This document shows positions 36,590 through 51,232 of a stretch of 64,000 bases of DNA, piece after piece; within the stretch, counting starts at the first letter, position 1; each line of letters opens with the position of its first letter. This DNA is from Azolla caroliniana. Taxonomy: Eukaryota > Plantae > Polypodiophyta. The position numbers and the translations under genes are program-made. Below the pieces are notes generated by a model. It was given only the letters and a program-made list of their open reading frames with translations. It was not told the origin of the DNA and ran no database searches. Location of the stretch: positions 6,634,001 to 6,698,000 of the forward strand of contig JBHGNT010000001.1 of assembly GCA_043228905.1 (NCBI GenBank). Direction: 5' to 3'.

Positions 36590-39500
36590 TAAGAACTGGG
36601 CAATTCATTTATCACAAGATGAGTGTATCACCAAATTGCTCAAGCAGTTTAATATGGATGGAGTGTTGGTTGTGTTGATACCTTTTGTAACTAACTGGCC
36701 CTATGATATAAACAGAGTTATGTAATCTAACATACAACAACCAAAATATATTTGTAAATTCTCACTAAAACATAAGAGTCAATTATAACAATAGGAAATC
36801 ACTAGACCTAGTAGGATGTTGAAAGATATTGAACATGAGTTTATTAAAGAGATGAATAGTAGTTAATACATAATATCTAGAAAATGCAAGTGTCATATTC
36901 AAGATGGTGCAAATGATGGAAGCATGACCTCTTCCGAGTACCCATGCTTCCAAAAAAACACTTCCAATACTCTCTCTAGAGTTGGTTGATAGTGTGAACC
37001 CATTTGGTGTGATAATCTCAATGGAATCTTCTCCCCCTTGACTCTTAGTTTCTATTATTGATTGTGTATCAAGTGATTAATTGATAATTAACTATGTATA
37101 TGTTAAGTGTTTCAATGTCGCACTATTTGCACTTGAAGAATTTAACTGAGCTAACCTATTGTATTATGCCTAATTGTGTGTTTAGAGGCATTTTGTTGGG
37201 TTACTAACCAATATGCCTAAATACTTGGTTGTCGCAAGGGAAGACAAAACTCACACGCCAATCAAGTTGTCAACAATGTCCATGTCAAGCAATTCAATGG
37301 GTTAGTGTTACCCAAAGCCAATCACAGAAAATCTATCAAAAGATCACACACCAAGTTTTTGCCTTAGGCCAAGGCAACCTTAGTCGAATTCTAACTACAT
37401 TGAATGTGCAAACAACATGAAATCTAGATTAATATATGTTTCCAATTTATGGGCAAAACAATGTCGTGGAGATCAATTCCTTAAGAGTGCCTAGTTTTTT
37501 TTTTACCAAAAAAGAATATACTCCTTTAGTTAAAATATACACAAACTTGATCCCTTTCTCGAGTAGGCCAAGCCAAGACTATCCTATCCTACAAAGAGAT
37601 CTCGCTTATTTATCTTACACTTTCACATATGGCTCTAGCCATCCTTTCATGCACATCACCTACATTCACTATCCCACATGCCATGTCTTTCATGCCCCTT
37701 GATCATCTAATGGGAGGGGGGAATAGCCATTTGGGTACTTCATATTTCCATAGTATATCCATTCCATTTGTTGCGGCTATCGGTGTAGTACACCATCACT
37801 TTCGAAAATTCAGCCTCATTAGTTCTGCAACATCATTAGTACCATCAATCCACTCATATTGAGCTCTTAGTGTAGTTATTAGTGTGTGCCAGATTAGCTT
37901 AATCGATTCAGCTGGGGGGCGTTTGTGTGCTGAAAATACCCTCGTACATCTTGTTGTCCATATATACCATATAGTAATGGGGACAAGCAGCATCCAAAGA
38001 TCTCCAAGTTTTTTATTCTATGCACAAGTTGTAGGTACCCTGTTGTCAAAGATCAGCCGCACAATGCCATTCTCCCCTTTGTACTTAGCATCACATGTGC
38101 TATCGTATTTCGCCACATCATCCTCAAGACAAATCCAGCAAGCATGTCCCCAGTTGAGGGTGAACAAACTAGAGGCATGGCAAAGCAAACGTAGTGCCCT
38201 TCCCCATACAGCCACTGCCTCGTGACATTCCCATAGACAATGGGAAATGCTTTCTATCTGTCCACAGGCAATACATCTAGGGTCTACATTGGGGCCTTTA
38301 CCCCACGTCCCTACCAGCAAGGCTCTATGTGCAATAAGCCCTAAACACATCATTATCTTGCAGTCATATCTGTCATGTCATATCATTTTCCAGAATTTAT
38401 CTAGTCTCATTTCACTAATGCACTCCTGTATCCAAAATTTCCTTGCTGCAATCTTGTTGTGTGCTTGTTCTAGAATAATTTGCCTCCCAATCTTCGTGTT
38501 ATACCTAAAAAATTGAACCAGCTTTTCCCTATCCGTTCCTTGAGTTCTCCAACAATACATCGATGGGTCCCATGATAACTAATCCAAATGCCCTTGTATA
38601 GGCCAACACATTGTTGTTGGTGTGATCTCTGTTGGCTTAGGGTCAATAATCATATTCTTGCTAGTTTTTGCGATCAGCCTAATCAACCTTTCTCTGTGAA
38701 AGGCTGGTTGCTCAACTCTTACCATTCCGTGCTCTAGTTTGTAGTAGAATACCTCATTTGATTCTACTTTCATTCCCTTAATGCCAATTAAACCGTTCTT
38801 AACATCTATAAGTTCTGTCCACGCAATTTCAAAGGTTGTTACTTCTTCCTCTTCCACGTTATTCCTGTAGCATGCAATGACATCTGTAATTCTCTTGAGC
38901 ATGCCTTTACCCCTGCTTATTCTCCATATTCTAGCCTTTTGAGTGCCCACCTCATTGGACAAAAACCTCTCCCACTCCACTAATGCATTCCCTTGGGCAT
39001 TGATTAACTTGGCCCATTTGAAACCTGCTTTTTGGCCTATCATCAGCCCATCCATATCTTTCAAGAGTGCCTAGTTGTGTCAACAATAGAAGTCAAATAT
39101 GTTGCAACTAGTGATGCATGCAATGAAACATTGTGGCTTTCACATTTGACTAAGGATGTGCAACAATTTGTCGAATTTCAATTTTCCACGATGATAGTCA
39201 AATTATTATTACATTGGAAACGAATATGGTCTTTCATGTAAAGTTGAAACTCATTGAAGTGTGTCGCCACTTTATTTGTGATTACATCAAGAACCAAATC
39301 GATGACTTGTATGAAAGTGCACCCACAATAGATAATAGCATTGGAATACTTGCCAAGGCTTTATTCACTACCTGAAGCAAGTTATGAACCACTAATGTGA
39401 TAATACACAACCAACCCACTAATCAATTAGTTGATATAGCATAGGTCACAAACCATGAAAGTGGCATGCTTATCTAGTAGAAAATGGGGTTCCAACACAA

Positions 39501-39878
39501 GAAGAAATTAGATGAACATTGTAAACTCTTTGCCATGCATGAACTTTTAGTGGGAAATTGTTGTAAAAAGTACATACTAAGGTAAACGGGCAAATTGTCT
39601 GAGTAGCGTGAACCCCTTGAGTCCCAACTATATAAGGAGGAGAACTAGAGCTTCTACGGTTAGTAAGTTTGGAAGTTGACTCATTGTAATATATTTCATA
39701 AAGATTTTGACCCCCATACTCATTTATTGTGTATTGCCTATCTCATTCTCTCGTTTGTGTATAATTGTCCATCTTCCTCATTCACAAGGTTTTGCATTGA
39801 GGCAAAAACTATCAATTAAATTCCCACACTTGATTGCATGTGGTGGCTCTATTGGGCATTGCTATTGAAACTACAACA
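36590..39878 (+). mobile_element. Highly degenerate Ty1/copia relic (RT/RNase H fragments + 3' LTR), interrupted by a LINE
   Basis: LSQDECITKLLKQFNM at ~36610 (RT). FQFMGKTMSWRS-(LINE)-QECLVVSTIEVKYVATSDACNETLWL (RNase H STTEAEY motif). PPT-like AGTGGGAAAT then an LTR at 39559-39878 bounded by TGTTGTA...TACAACA. Confidence 0.7.
37495..39062 (-). mobile_element. 5'-truncated L1-type LINE with poly(A) tail and TSD
   Basis: zf-RVT motif HRALLVG...RCIACGQIESISHCLWEC and TIWYIWTTRC. Poly-T on plus at ~37495-37504. TSD AAGAGTGCCTAGTT at 37483-37496 and 39063-39076. Confidence 0.9.
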
Positions 39879-40329
39879 ATCGATCCCACGCCCCTTGAAA
39901 ATTACAAGAGTTATACAAAGAGGAGGCTCATACAAAATCCCATGGGCTACTTTCTACTAGGTCCTATGTGAGGAATAGCAAGATCAAAAGTAGGTTCATT
40001 CACCATCTCTTAATTTCCTACATGTTGCACTACAACTTTGCTATGTGTGGTGGCTATGTTGAGCATTGCCACCAAAACTACAAAGAGGTTCCACGAGGGA
40101 TGTATCACGAGGAGGCTTATACAAAATGTGGTAAGGCCTATGCTAGCCTCAATGAGATCACACAATAGTTGCACTCACCAATGGAATTAATAGTAAATCA
40201 AGAGAGTCCAAAAATCAATTCTATTCACATGGCTCATGCTTGGTGAATGGTGTTCACTATGTCCCAAAAGTTTCACTAGTACTCCAATGACTTATTTTGT
40301 TTAGTGGTTTATAGATTGTCAAAAAGGTT

Positions 40330-40900
40330 GGCAAGGCAGGACAAGATGAAATTTGGTCTATATGTGGGACAACATTTAAACTCTTTCCCATTTTTCCTCA
40401 TTTACCCAAAGAACCGGTCATTTGTATGGACAAAAACCCTTCTAGGGGCAGCCAATGGCATCCCTTTTGCATACTTATCAAATACTTTGATTGAACTATC
40501 TTGTATGTTTTTTAGGTCAAAAACATAATAAGGATGAATATATACATTTTCAAAGGCTAATATATAAGTGTTTGCTATTAGACATCCAATATATAATTCC
40601 TTTATCTTAGTCTTGAGAGACATTAATTCTCTTCAAGTCTTGGGTATGTACATATTTCAACCCTCAAATTTGGGGGGTAACTCAAGGCTAAGTTTCATCT
40701 TTTCATTTTTCAAGACAACATGTCTTTTGTATCGTCACTTTTTCCACCTAGTACCAAATGGCATTTCCCAATCTAGCGTGAAGAGAAACTATTAGTTCAA
40801 AGGGAAGTATGTCGAGCTGGTCATCGATGCACATCCACCAATTTTTAGAGGAGATTCTTTCACATAATACTCAATACTATTCATTAGCTAATGATAGTTC
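40330..40900 (-). mobile_element. Possible CACTA/En-Spm transposase relic
   Basis: Weak motif resemblance only: KELYIGC (cf. PLYPGC) and VFVHTNDRFF...FKCCPT (cf. IHACPNDCxLY...CPxC). Confidence 0.35.
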
Positions 40901-42568
40901 AATTGACTTTACCATATTTAGTATTTGTTTAGTCTTGTTGTCATAGTAGTTGATGATACATAAATAACTTTTACTTAATATTATGGATTTGGATTGTTAA
41001 TTCCTTTGTCGACATAAATATTCTAGTTGATGATGGTTTAACTTATTTTGGCAATGGCTATTGGCAATGGTTTATTTGTCTTTACTTAATATAACATTGG
41101 CTATTGGCAATGGTAATATGGTAATGGCAATGATGTTGATGACAACTTACTGTCTTTACTTAATATGGGAGTGGGTGCTATTGATGGATTCAAATTGGCG
41201 GCAATCCTTATCAAAATGTTTCCTTTCATTTAGGTGCAATAGGATAATTATCTCCAAGGTTTTGGAAAGATCAAATTATACCCATCCCAAGTGAAAAGGT
41301 ATAGAATATTTATTCAATTTATTAATATACTAAAGGTAGGAAACTGGTTACCAACCCAAAACCAACAACTTGAGTTGCAAACGGTTTTAGATATCTAGTT
41401 AATTAATATGCTAATGTTATCCCTACTAGGACCATTTTCCATGTACTATCATCTAGACTTCTAGTAGTAAGCTGCCACGTTTGTTTATAAGCTATTATTT
41501 GAGCTTTTATCAGCATTATTGACATTTCCAAAGTTGGATATCACCATGACATGTACTCTCTAAATACAATGTGTGCATATAATATTTAGTAGAGTTTAGG
41601 CATCAAACTCTTATAAAACAAAGAGCTTATGTGTGCTAAGTTGGACTTTTTTACTTGTATTTTACAAGAGTTACAATGTGTGGGGCAATGTACCATTCAT
41701 AACCAAAATTTGATCAGGTCCAAGGTATCAAAGAACATTGGAAATGGAATGACATACACTAGGGACTTGTGGGGGGGAGGCCATGTTTTGGTGGGCGAGT
41801 ATTGGTGAAGAGTTGTCATGAAAAATTGAAGGAGATTCACAATTTTAGGTTGACGGATAATTTTGAAGACAAGGTTAGTTGTTAAGGTGGGAACCTAGAC
41901 GACATTCCAAGTAAAGTGGGATGAACACTTTTTTGCCCAAAGAAATTGAGGTGTAGGCCAAGCATAGAGGATGATGGCTCTTAATGTGATACTTAGGCTA
42001 TGTTCAATTGATTTGGAAAGGCCTCATGGTGTTTAGGCAACAAAAGGCATCCTTGTGACTTTTAGAGAAGGAAGTAAGCAATGGATAAACACAACAACAA
42101 AGTGCAAACTAAACATTCTTATATGTAGGAAGAAAACTCGCAAAAACAAGCACGTGAAACATAACAACACTACCGATATTAAGGTATCTACAACTTCATT
42201 TGCAATATTCATAAGGCGATGCATTAACAAACCCATTAGAAATTTCAAGTAGCAACAATGGCGTTTTCAAGAGTGGTGAATATGAGGTCTTGACGTTAAG
42301 CAAGTGTGCAGCCCGTGACACCACGTCTCTCTTTTCTTGGCCTCAATGTTAAGAGGGGCGTGCACGTGCTGACTCGTCTCTCTTTTCTTTTCTCCAACTC
42401 GGGGTTTCTTGGAAGTTCTAGTTTTACTCTCACGGGATGACACAATTGTTCCTCGAAACACAACTACTAAATAACGGTTGCCAAAACGTTCATCAAACTC
42501 TTAAAATCTATCGAACTACCATAGGCTATGGGGGAGGGGAGAGAGACTTGATCATTAGGAATGCCCGG

Positions 42569-42937
42569 CCAATGAGATGATGCCACGTGGCTAACGGAGA
42601 GAGAGAACTCCTGAGTCCTTTATTTAGATGCCAGATTAAATGTTTTCCTTTTTCCCCTTTTTATTCTTTTCCGCTCCTTTTTAATTGCAATTTTTATTTA
42701 TTTTTCAAATACTTTTTCCCCCCCTCCCTCTGTTTTTTGCGGGCGTGACTCGAAATAGGACCGAAGATGGAGGAGAAGAAGTATTTTTCGAAACAAATTT
42801 TTAAAAAAAAAATAGGAACACTGAGAAAATAAAACATCTGACGTGGCGACATCTGATTGGATATAGGGACGCCGAACTGGCCTCCTGGAAGACGAAAAAA
42901 ATTGGAGCGAGTGACGAAAAGTATGAAGCCACGTGGC
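42569..42937. promoter_or_regulatory. Two inverted CCAAT-N9-CCACG (ERSE) motifs, a TGACGTGG motif and two GCCACGTGGC G-boxes upstream of the 43351 ORF
   Basis: CCAAT-GAGATGATG-CCACG at 42569-42587. Reverse-strand CCAAT-CAGATGTCG-CCACG at 42860-42842. TGACGTGG at 42839-42846. GCCACGTGGC at 42582-42591 and 42928-42937. Confidence 0.5.
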
Positions 42938-43350
42938 AGACGCACCCCGGCCTGACGTATAAAGTTTATATAAAAAAAAAGTAAAAGAAAATTTTAAATA
43001 ATTAAATAAATAATAAAACACATATAAAAAGCGCACGAATGCGACTCTGCAACTCCACCCATACGAACTGTTTTGAAGAATTATTTCTTCCTTTTCCATC
43101 TAGCTATCATCATCAGCGATTAATTTAAACAATTGCTCATTATTAGATCCGGTTTACCTGATTGCAGGTCAAATGCTGATTAATTAGTTAACTAATCCAT
43201 CCATAGCTATAGTCTATATATATATATATTAACTAATACACTTGATGAGATTTTCAATCAGGTCACTTTCCGTCCGTGGCACCACATATTTTAATTATCA
43301 TTAGCCAATTAATCATATAAGTCTAAGAGTAACACACATCTACTGCAAAA

Positions 43351-43959
43351 ATGATGCTCAGTGATGGACAGGATGGTATTCCTGCAACTGATCGATCGCC
43401 GATGCTGCCGCTACGCAGGCTGAGGACGTTACCGGCGAGGTTGAGGAACCATGAAGAAGAGGAGGAAGAAGAACAGAAAGGAGGAGGGAGACAGCAGCTA
43501 ATGAGCGGAGGAGACAGCAGTGACTACACGAGCCTGAGGGACATCATCTCCAAGAACCCTAACCCTCAGTCGAGGTGGAAGCTATGGCGGGATGCGGGGA
43601 GTGGGAGCCTGAACGGAAGGCGGAGGACGAGAACGACGACGAGGACGACGAATAATCTGGACGAGCAGTCCAGAAACCTGCAGCTCAAGGACGAGCTCCT
43701 GAACACGGCAGCGCGAGCATACCTGCTGCTCCCACCATCTCCGATCCGATCCGATCCGATCTGTGATGGAGATGGAGATCACAGGCCGTCAGGGTGCGGG
43801 CGAATGAGCATCTTTGAGCAGATACGCGGGAGGATGAAGGCGTTGGCGGCCTTCCTGGCGGGCGTCCAAGCCCTGCGCCGCCGCCTCTCCACATGGCTCT
43901 TCCTGAAGCACAAGGGCCTGCTCCATCTCCTCCACAAGGACAATCTTCCTTGGTTCTAG
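43351..43959 (+). CDS. Single-exon 202-aa plant protein of unknown function
   Basis: GC-rich open frame in AT-rich surroundings with good start context (GCAAAAATGATG). The DYTSLRDII and LKDELLNTAARAYL motifs recall a conserved uncharacterised plant family (YTSLKD...AAxAYL). Confidence 0.75.
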   Translation: MMLSDGQDGIPATDRSPMLPLRRLRTLPARLRNHEEEEEEEQKGGGRQQLMSGGDSSDYTSLRDIISKNPNPQSRWKLWRDAGSGSLNGRRRTRTTTRTTNNLDEQSRNLQLKDELLNTAARAYLLLPPSPIRSDPICDGDGDHRPSGCGRMSIFEQIRGRMKALAAFLAGVQALRRRLSTWLFLKHKGLLHLLHKDNLPWF

Positions 43960-45665
43960 TGGCCAAAAGGGAAGGGCTGAGACTCAGGATCCTAACTACC
44001 TATATATTCCACAATGATTTCAGGCGCATTTACAGTGAGGGAAATATAGGAAGATTTAGGATTTCGACTTTACAGATTAGGGTTAGGGTTAGGGTTGAAC
44101 ACTTGACCCTGACCTTTTCCATAGTGTAAGTAAACAGCTTACAACCAAACTGAGCTCTACAGCCCTACCTTCTCTGATTTCTCAAAAACTGTTTTGGAAC
44201 TTCTTCCTAGAAATCCCCTAGATAATTTGCATTGCTTCCGAGACCTAATTGCATCCACATCTTTGAGGTGTTTTTCTTTTGTTCCACCCCTTTGTGTCGT
44301 CCCATTGGCCTTTTTCTGGCCTATTAGTGGACGGTGGAAGGATCTCTTCTTGTACATTTCCCTCATGTTCCTTATGTGTTCTTTCTCTTTATTTATTCTG
44401 TACAATTTTAAGACAATGTCACTTTGGCCTTGATTTTTCAATTGGAGACATTTGGTGATTAGTAACTAACGTCAAAGTAGCACTCTCGTCCTTGTAAAAT
44501 AGGACAAAAAGGACTTACTAGCTAATAATGTAGTATTATTATAAATTTATATCCATGTCCTTGTTGTTGTGTGAACCATGGGACCACAAGAAAAATGTAA
44601 TGGCTGAGCTAATTTCTACAATGTTGGAGTTTTAACACTAGTCTAGGTTTGATAATGGTCAAAGTCAAGAAGAATGACCAATATGCCACTAGTAGTCTAG
44701 TAGGTGTGATATGCATACTATAACATCATGTAAGACCTGAAAGCTATTGTTTCAAACGGATGATGGAAATTTTACAATTTACATTCGGATGTAATCCTCA
44801 AACATGACTACATATAGTTTAGACAAGGTTTGTAATTTAAAATACGTTTCCTTGATGAAAACATTTTGACTTTCTACTGAAAGAATATGTTGAGCTAATT
44901 TCCTTTGAATTAGATGAACATTTGTTACTTTATTGTATATATTTTGTGAGTATATGCCCTTAGTTTTAGCAATTCAATGTTGAAATGTTTATTAGTGTTT
45001 TACATATCTTAGATCTTCTTTTTCTTCTGTTGGAAATGGAGCAAAACAAATCTCACCAACCTTTCAAACATTTGGTAACATTTACTAGAACTCTTACCTA
45101 AAAATCATATCATCAATTACATCTGTTTTTATGTTCCACTCATTTTCTCCTTTTCTTTTCCATTTGGATAAAGATAAAGGCAAATACTAGTGTCAACTGC
45201 TTAATGGATGTATCTCTGTTAAATATTTTGTAGACAAAAAGATGAGCCCAAAAATTTAGAGATTCTATGGAGAGATGATCAATGCTGAAATGAAATAAAA
45301 ATCGCACACAATCTTATTACAATTACAAATCAATTGTGGACCGAAAGTTGGAAGATAAAACAAAAAGAAAATATTGTATTGTATAATGTACATATAAGAT
45401 ATCATTGGATGCACATGTCCAGCACATCCCTATGGTACATGGCACACATCTCTAGTACATCTCTTCGGTACACCACATGATGCACATCTCTTCAGAAACA
45501 CAATGAAAAGCAACTGTTTAGTGCGCTTAGAGAATTGTAAAAGCAACTGAGGAGAGCTTAATTCCACATTATCATGTCCCCTATCATAACATGAACGAAA
45601 TAGTAACATTTTCAAACATGCAACCTTTTATCATAGTTTTAAGCATCTTCACTACCATATTTATG

Positions 45666-48459
45666 CTACAAGTCAATTGTGTCTTCCTTAATATCATACG
45701 GTACAACAAATCGTCCAGATGAAACCTTCTCAATCACATTCATCGTTCTTGCACGTTTGATTTTGCTCATAATCATAGGGAGCCTTTCTCTAAGTTTCAT
45801 GGCAAAGAAGAAAAGAGTACGATATGCTACTGCCATTAAAACAAGCACGAGAGTTAACCACCACTTGGAGTAATTTATGTCCATCTGAAACATTGTCTTA
45901 ACAAGATCTTCTCCTTTGATGGGTGGACCGCCTGGCAGCATGTTCTCAAACTCTAACCCAACAAAGTCATTGTTGTAGAAAGCCTACAAAAAAAGGTCAT
46001 TTCATACAAAAATACAAACTTCTCATCATATTAACATACAAAATACCATAATATCTTGTTCATTAAACACAAAAGGGATTAATGACAGCCATGTTTTGCT
46101 TCAAAAGAAAATGTCAACATATGTTTATTACCTTATTCACCCATGTATTGAAGGATATGTATGAGAAAGGATAACGCCATATAGGCTTTGGCATATCACC
46201 AAACAAGCGGAAAAAGCCCCCAGTTAAGAGATAAGCACCCTGTATAAGTAGAATGAAGGATGTTCTCATCACACAATAATTCTGATTCTCAAACAGCATT
46301 CTTGACATGGAAAAGGAAAAGGGAAAACAACAAAATATCCCAACCATTTTAGATATTTACCAGAATACCCCTTCGGTTCCAAGAATGTTTACTACAATGG
46401 CAGAGAGGTATTATGGAAATTTCCAAAACTGAGGGATATTTGGTTAAGTATCCAAAACATCAGTGTATTGTGTTGTTTTCTCCACAAATATACCATGAGT
46501 CCCGATCCTATCATCATGCCCAAAAGGAAATCGGGTACCAAGCTCGCAATAGCCATCAACAAACCCTCCACTCCAGAGAGGCAAGCTAATAAAGTGACAA
46601 TGAAATAGAACAATCGGTTGGCACCAGGATGTAAGCCACCCAATATGTATACTATGGATCCAGGAAAAACAGCTGTGAGACCCAAGAATGGAAAAGATGA
46701 CAATGTGTTCGCAACGACAAAAGAGGAAACCCCATAGTGTCCATTTAGCCTCTCCCTTGTAAAGATCTAAAATAAAAGCAATCCACGTATCATATCGATA
46801 TCAAGTAGTGCATGATAAACTTCAAAATCCAGAGCCATATGGTACATGGAATACTGTCTTGTCCTAACTTACGCAGTACAAACAACAACTGAAAAGGCTA
46901 GCTAACAATTCGAATGCAATGTAGACCAAGGGGAAAAAACTACCTTCATATCCTCAATGAAGCAAGGAAAGCTTAACACGCCCAAGAATGACATAAATGA
47001 AGCAACAAACATAAGCATTGCTGCCCTTGCCTGCCATATGCATTTCAACGCATGATCAAATGATGTTATATACCTCTTTATTATCAAAAAGATGTTTAGA
47101 GTTTTTTTATGCAGAAAATGTGTGCTTTTCTGAAAGATCTTCTAAGTGCAAGAATTACCTGAATAGCAGAGTAACCAAGGCCAACCTTGTAATAAATTGT
47201 GCCCAAAACAATAGCAAGCCCCACATATGTCATAAGTCTGAACCAATAGTAACTCAAGTCTCGGCACATATTTGTGAAAGATCTTGAAGTCAAGTAGTAT
47301 GTCTTCCTAAGGAAATCCTCTCTTTCGGTGGCAGCTTTTAGTTTCCCACCGTTCTGCTCATATCTCAATTCATTTGATGTATCATGATTTCACCAATTAG
47401 AACATCTACTTAAAAAAGTACAAATCATTGTCGGAAATGAATACCATTTTCATGATTTGTTGAATTCGAACTTGAACCATCCTTTGAATGTCTGAATTGG
47501 CATAAGCATTAGCAAGAGTTTCAATATTGTGTGCTCCACCACTGGCATTGCTCTCACTTGTGGTTCCCTCCATCTCAATGTCTTGGATGTTCAACTTAAA
47601 AAAAATACAAAAGTTAAAATACATTGGTGAAATATAATCATACTCTTCTCATTTATTTTACTCCACAACACATTCATCATTCTTGATAAATCTTTGGAGA
47701 TAATAATTTATGAGAATTTTATATTCAGGTTAAAGTTTGCAAAAGTAGCATTAACCATAAACCCTAGTTTCTGACTCAAAAAAGAACACAAAACCATCCT
47801 TGCACTGGAAAGACTCTATATTCATACAAACACCATGGCTTCTTCCCTGAAAAATACCCTACTCTCCATCTCAAAACCACACCCTAGCTTCCACCTCAAA
47901 GAGATCAGAAGAAACTATTTGATGCAATTGTATGCTTAAACTATTTTCCATTATTCCTTCAAGGAACCCAAAAGGCCCCAAAACCCGTAAAATCTGCTGC
48001 AGGAGACAAACAAATCCTACTTTCCGTATATTGTTATGAAATTATTGGAGATTAAGACCAGTTTGATCACATACCTCTTCAAAGCTTGAGTTAATGACCC
48101 ATAGAAAATGATCAGATGGATTGCGGAAAGGTGGGCAGGGGAAGCCTGCATCTTCATAGAACTGGGGAAAGCAACATAATATTAGTAGCAGGTGGGAAGG
48201 AACATAAATACATACATATACACATATATACAGAAGCAGAAACATATGCATACACAAATAGTGTTACATACATGTGTGTGTACAAAATACACACGCACGC
48301 AAATATATGCCATATACCTATACCTAAACATATACAAATTCGCAGTCATTAATGTATACATACATACACAACATCCAGCTTCAAAGCATGGATATATGCA
48401 TTACACATACATATACACATGTAAGCAATCTAGAATCCAATCATTAACATTACATATAT

Positions 48460-48490
<31 letters not shown>

Positions 48491-51189
48491 AAGGGAAATG
48501 AGGTACATGTCCAAAATTACCTGTTGGGCTTCAGAGCACTGTCCAAAGTAGATGGTTCTCCCATTGGAGAGGAGGTAGAGGGTATCGAAGAGTGAGAAAG
48601 CTTCGCTGCTCGGCTGATGGATAGAGACGATCACTGTCCTTCCTCTCTTCGCTAACGCGCGCAGCCTCTTCACGACATGCAGAGCCGCAGCACTGCATGC
48701 ACGAAAAGCATCCCACCGGAATCAAATGCAGGCCTAGGTTTTCCATAATTACGACAGTACCCCTAGCTTTTCACCCATTTGCAGAATACTGTTTACACAT
48801 ATATTATATATATATAGACTTTCGTAATTATGTCAATGCCCCTATATCTTGCTTCTAAACATTCCAAAGTATACCCCCCCAAAAGCTCTTTCCCAAAACT
48901 ACCCCACTTTGGCTTCAAGAACATTCTCAGAGTTACTCCATCGCCGTCTCCTTAAAATACTGTGGGTGAGAATCGGTAGGAAAAGTAGCTCTTCCTTAGA
49001 GAGAATCGGGTAGGGTCTAATTACTTGCCAATGCAAACAAAGTAATGCACCTGTCAAGACCACTCGTTGGCTCGTCCAAGAAAAACAGTGATGGTTGACG
49101 AAGCGTTTCAATGGCAATACTAAGACGTCTCTTCTCACCACCGCTAAGGCCTCGCACATGCCATCCACCGACACGTGTGTCAACACAACCTTGAAGACCC
49201 ATCTCTCTAATGCTATGGTGCACTCTGTTTTGCATTTGGAACTTTGACATTCCACTCGGCAGTTGCAAGTATGCGGAGTACATGAGAGTCTCGAAGACTG
49301 TTAGGGTCGTTATTAGCGAATCGTCTTGTGTCACATACGCCTTCAAAAAGTTAAAAGATAAATAAGTGTGAAACTAAATTTAAGATTGTGACTTTCAGGT
49401 GAACAATTCACACATATTATTAGTTAAAAGAAGGGAAAACACAAAAAGAAGGCACTAGAAATGTACGAGAATTGCATTAAGTTTTATAAATTTACTACAA
49501 CAACCTTTGAAGTACAATTTTCATCACTATGGATGGGACTTTAAATAAATTTGGAAAGGATAACCCAAATTTGTGAATATCCCTATTTTTACTAAACGGA
49601 CCCCAACCATCTATGAAATTACTTGAATGTACATATCTATAAAACACATTCATAACAAAAAAACAACAATGTGTTTAAGAGACAAATTTAAATGCACAAG
49701 GGCCACTCATATGAATGTGTTTTACCAATCATTATTCCAATTCCATGAGTCCCCAAGTAACTATAAGGCTACAATGTAATAGGATTGTACATTTGGGATT
49801 TTCTATGCCTTAATGTTTCTGATTTCCCTTCTTCAACTCCTTAGTGTAGGACTCTTGAACGAGAAGAGCTTTTGTATGCATGCCAATGCGCATTCAACCT
49901 TAAGTATGGTGAACAAATATGGTGGATATCAAGTGTCATGGACAAATTCCAAATTTGAAGGGCTTTTTGAGGCCTGCATTTAACTCCTATATCAAAGTAT
50001 GGCATGAGCTTTAGTTCAAATTGTCAGTTTCCTCTGACAAGGGGAGGAATCATATGAACTCTTTTAATATTCGCAATTTTGTTAACTGGATTGTACTAGA
50101 TTTCGGAATTCAAAGTTATTACAAATAACTATATCTCTTTGTAAATTACACATCATAATAGAGCAATGTCTAAAACAAGTTATCACTGAATAATGGTTGA
50201 CTGTTATTATTACTACAACTTCATGTATTTCGAGTTTCAAGAAAATAACAAACCGAGTTTCCATAGGACAATTGTTGCATTGTCCCATTTGCGAGGATTT
50301 GCGATTTTGTCTCCAATGTAAGATTCCCCAATCTTCCTGCATGGACATAATGTTGTTTCATAACATGAATGAAATATGAAGACTGGCTAACAACCACACG
50401 AAAAATAAGAAAATGGAACTATTTGTTTATTCAATCTTCGTCAATGATTTTAGCTTGACCAAAGACAATTTCAAATCCTAAATTTGGATAAATGTTGTCA
50501 TGAAGCACAAATTGTACTACAACGTGAGTTCATATATGTTTCTTATGCACATTAAACTTTATGTATCATCTACTAAAAGTATTTTTTTCACCATATGGTA
50601 CCAAGTGAAACATGTGTTATCATGATGTGCATATTGTAAAAGCCCAAATCCCAAATTCACTATATTACATAATTATGTTCTTATCACGTCCTAGTTTAAT
50701 TACTCTAGATGTTGAAAATTGTATTTCAACAATTTAATTGATGTAGAACTTGCTTTTCAATGATGTTACTATATTCCTTTCTTTATGTCTATCAAGACCA
50801 AAATTTCTCCTTATTACATGGTAAAAGGTTATATGTAAATATGGCAAGTGAGGTCCCGATACCTAAATTACGAGAATATGAAACTAAAGGTAAAGACATA
50901 AGTATAATTTATGCAACAACCAAGAAATGGCGTAAACAGTGTTCCTCAAACATCGTACGGCTATGCATGGTTTTTTAAGTTCCAAAGTTAAGTCAAAGGT
51001 AATAATTTCACATATGAAAATCGGCGACAATATATGACGTAATCATGAGATCTCATTAAGCTAAAGATGTAAGGCCTACCTTGTGGTGAGGTGCTATCCA
51101 TATACACCTTTTTATGATGTGGCTTCTTATCTCACTATGCCTCAAAGGGCCAAGGATCGAGATGTGGCTCAATGAATGGCCCTTTTATG

Positions 51190-51232
<43 letters not shown>

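Noticed and set aside
44077-44095. (TTAGGG)3 downstream of the 202-aa gene
   Set aside because: Too short; such telo-box-like runs are common in plant UTRs.
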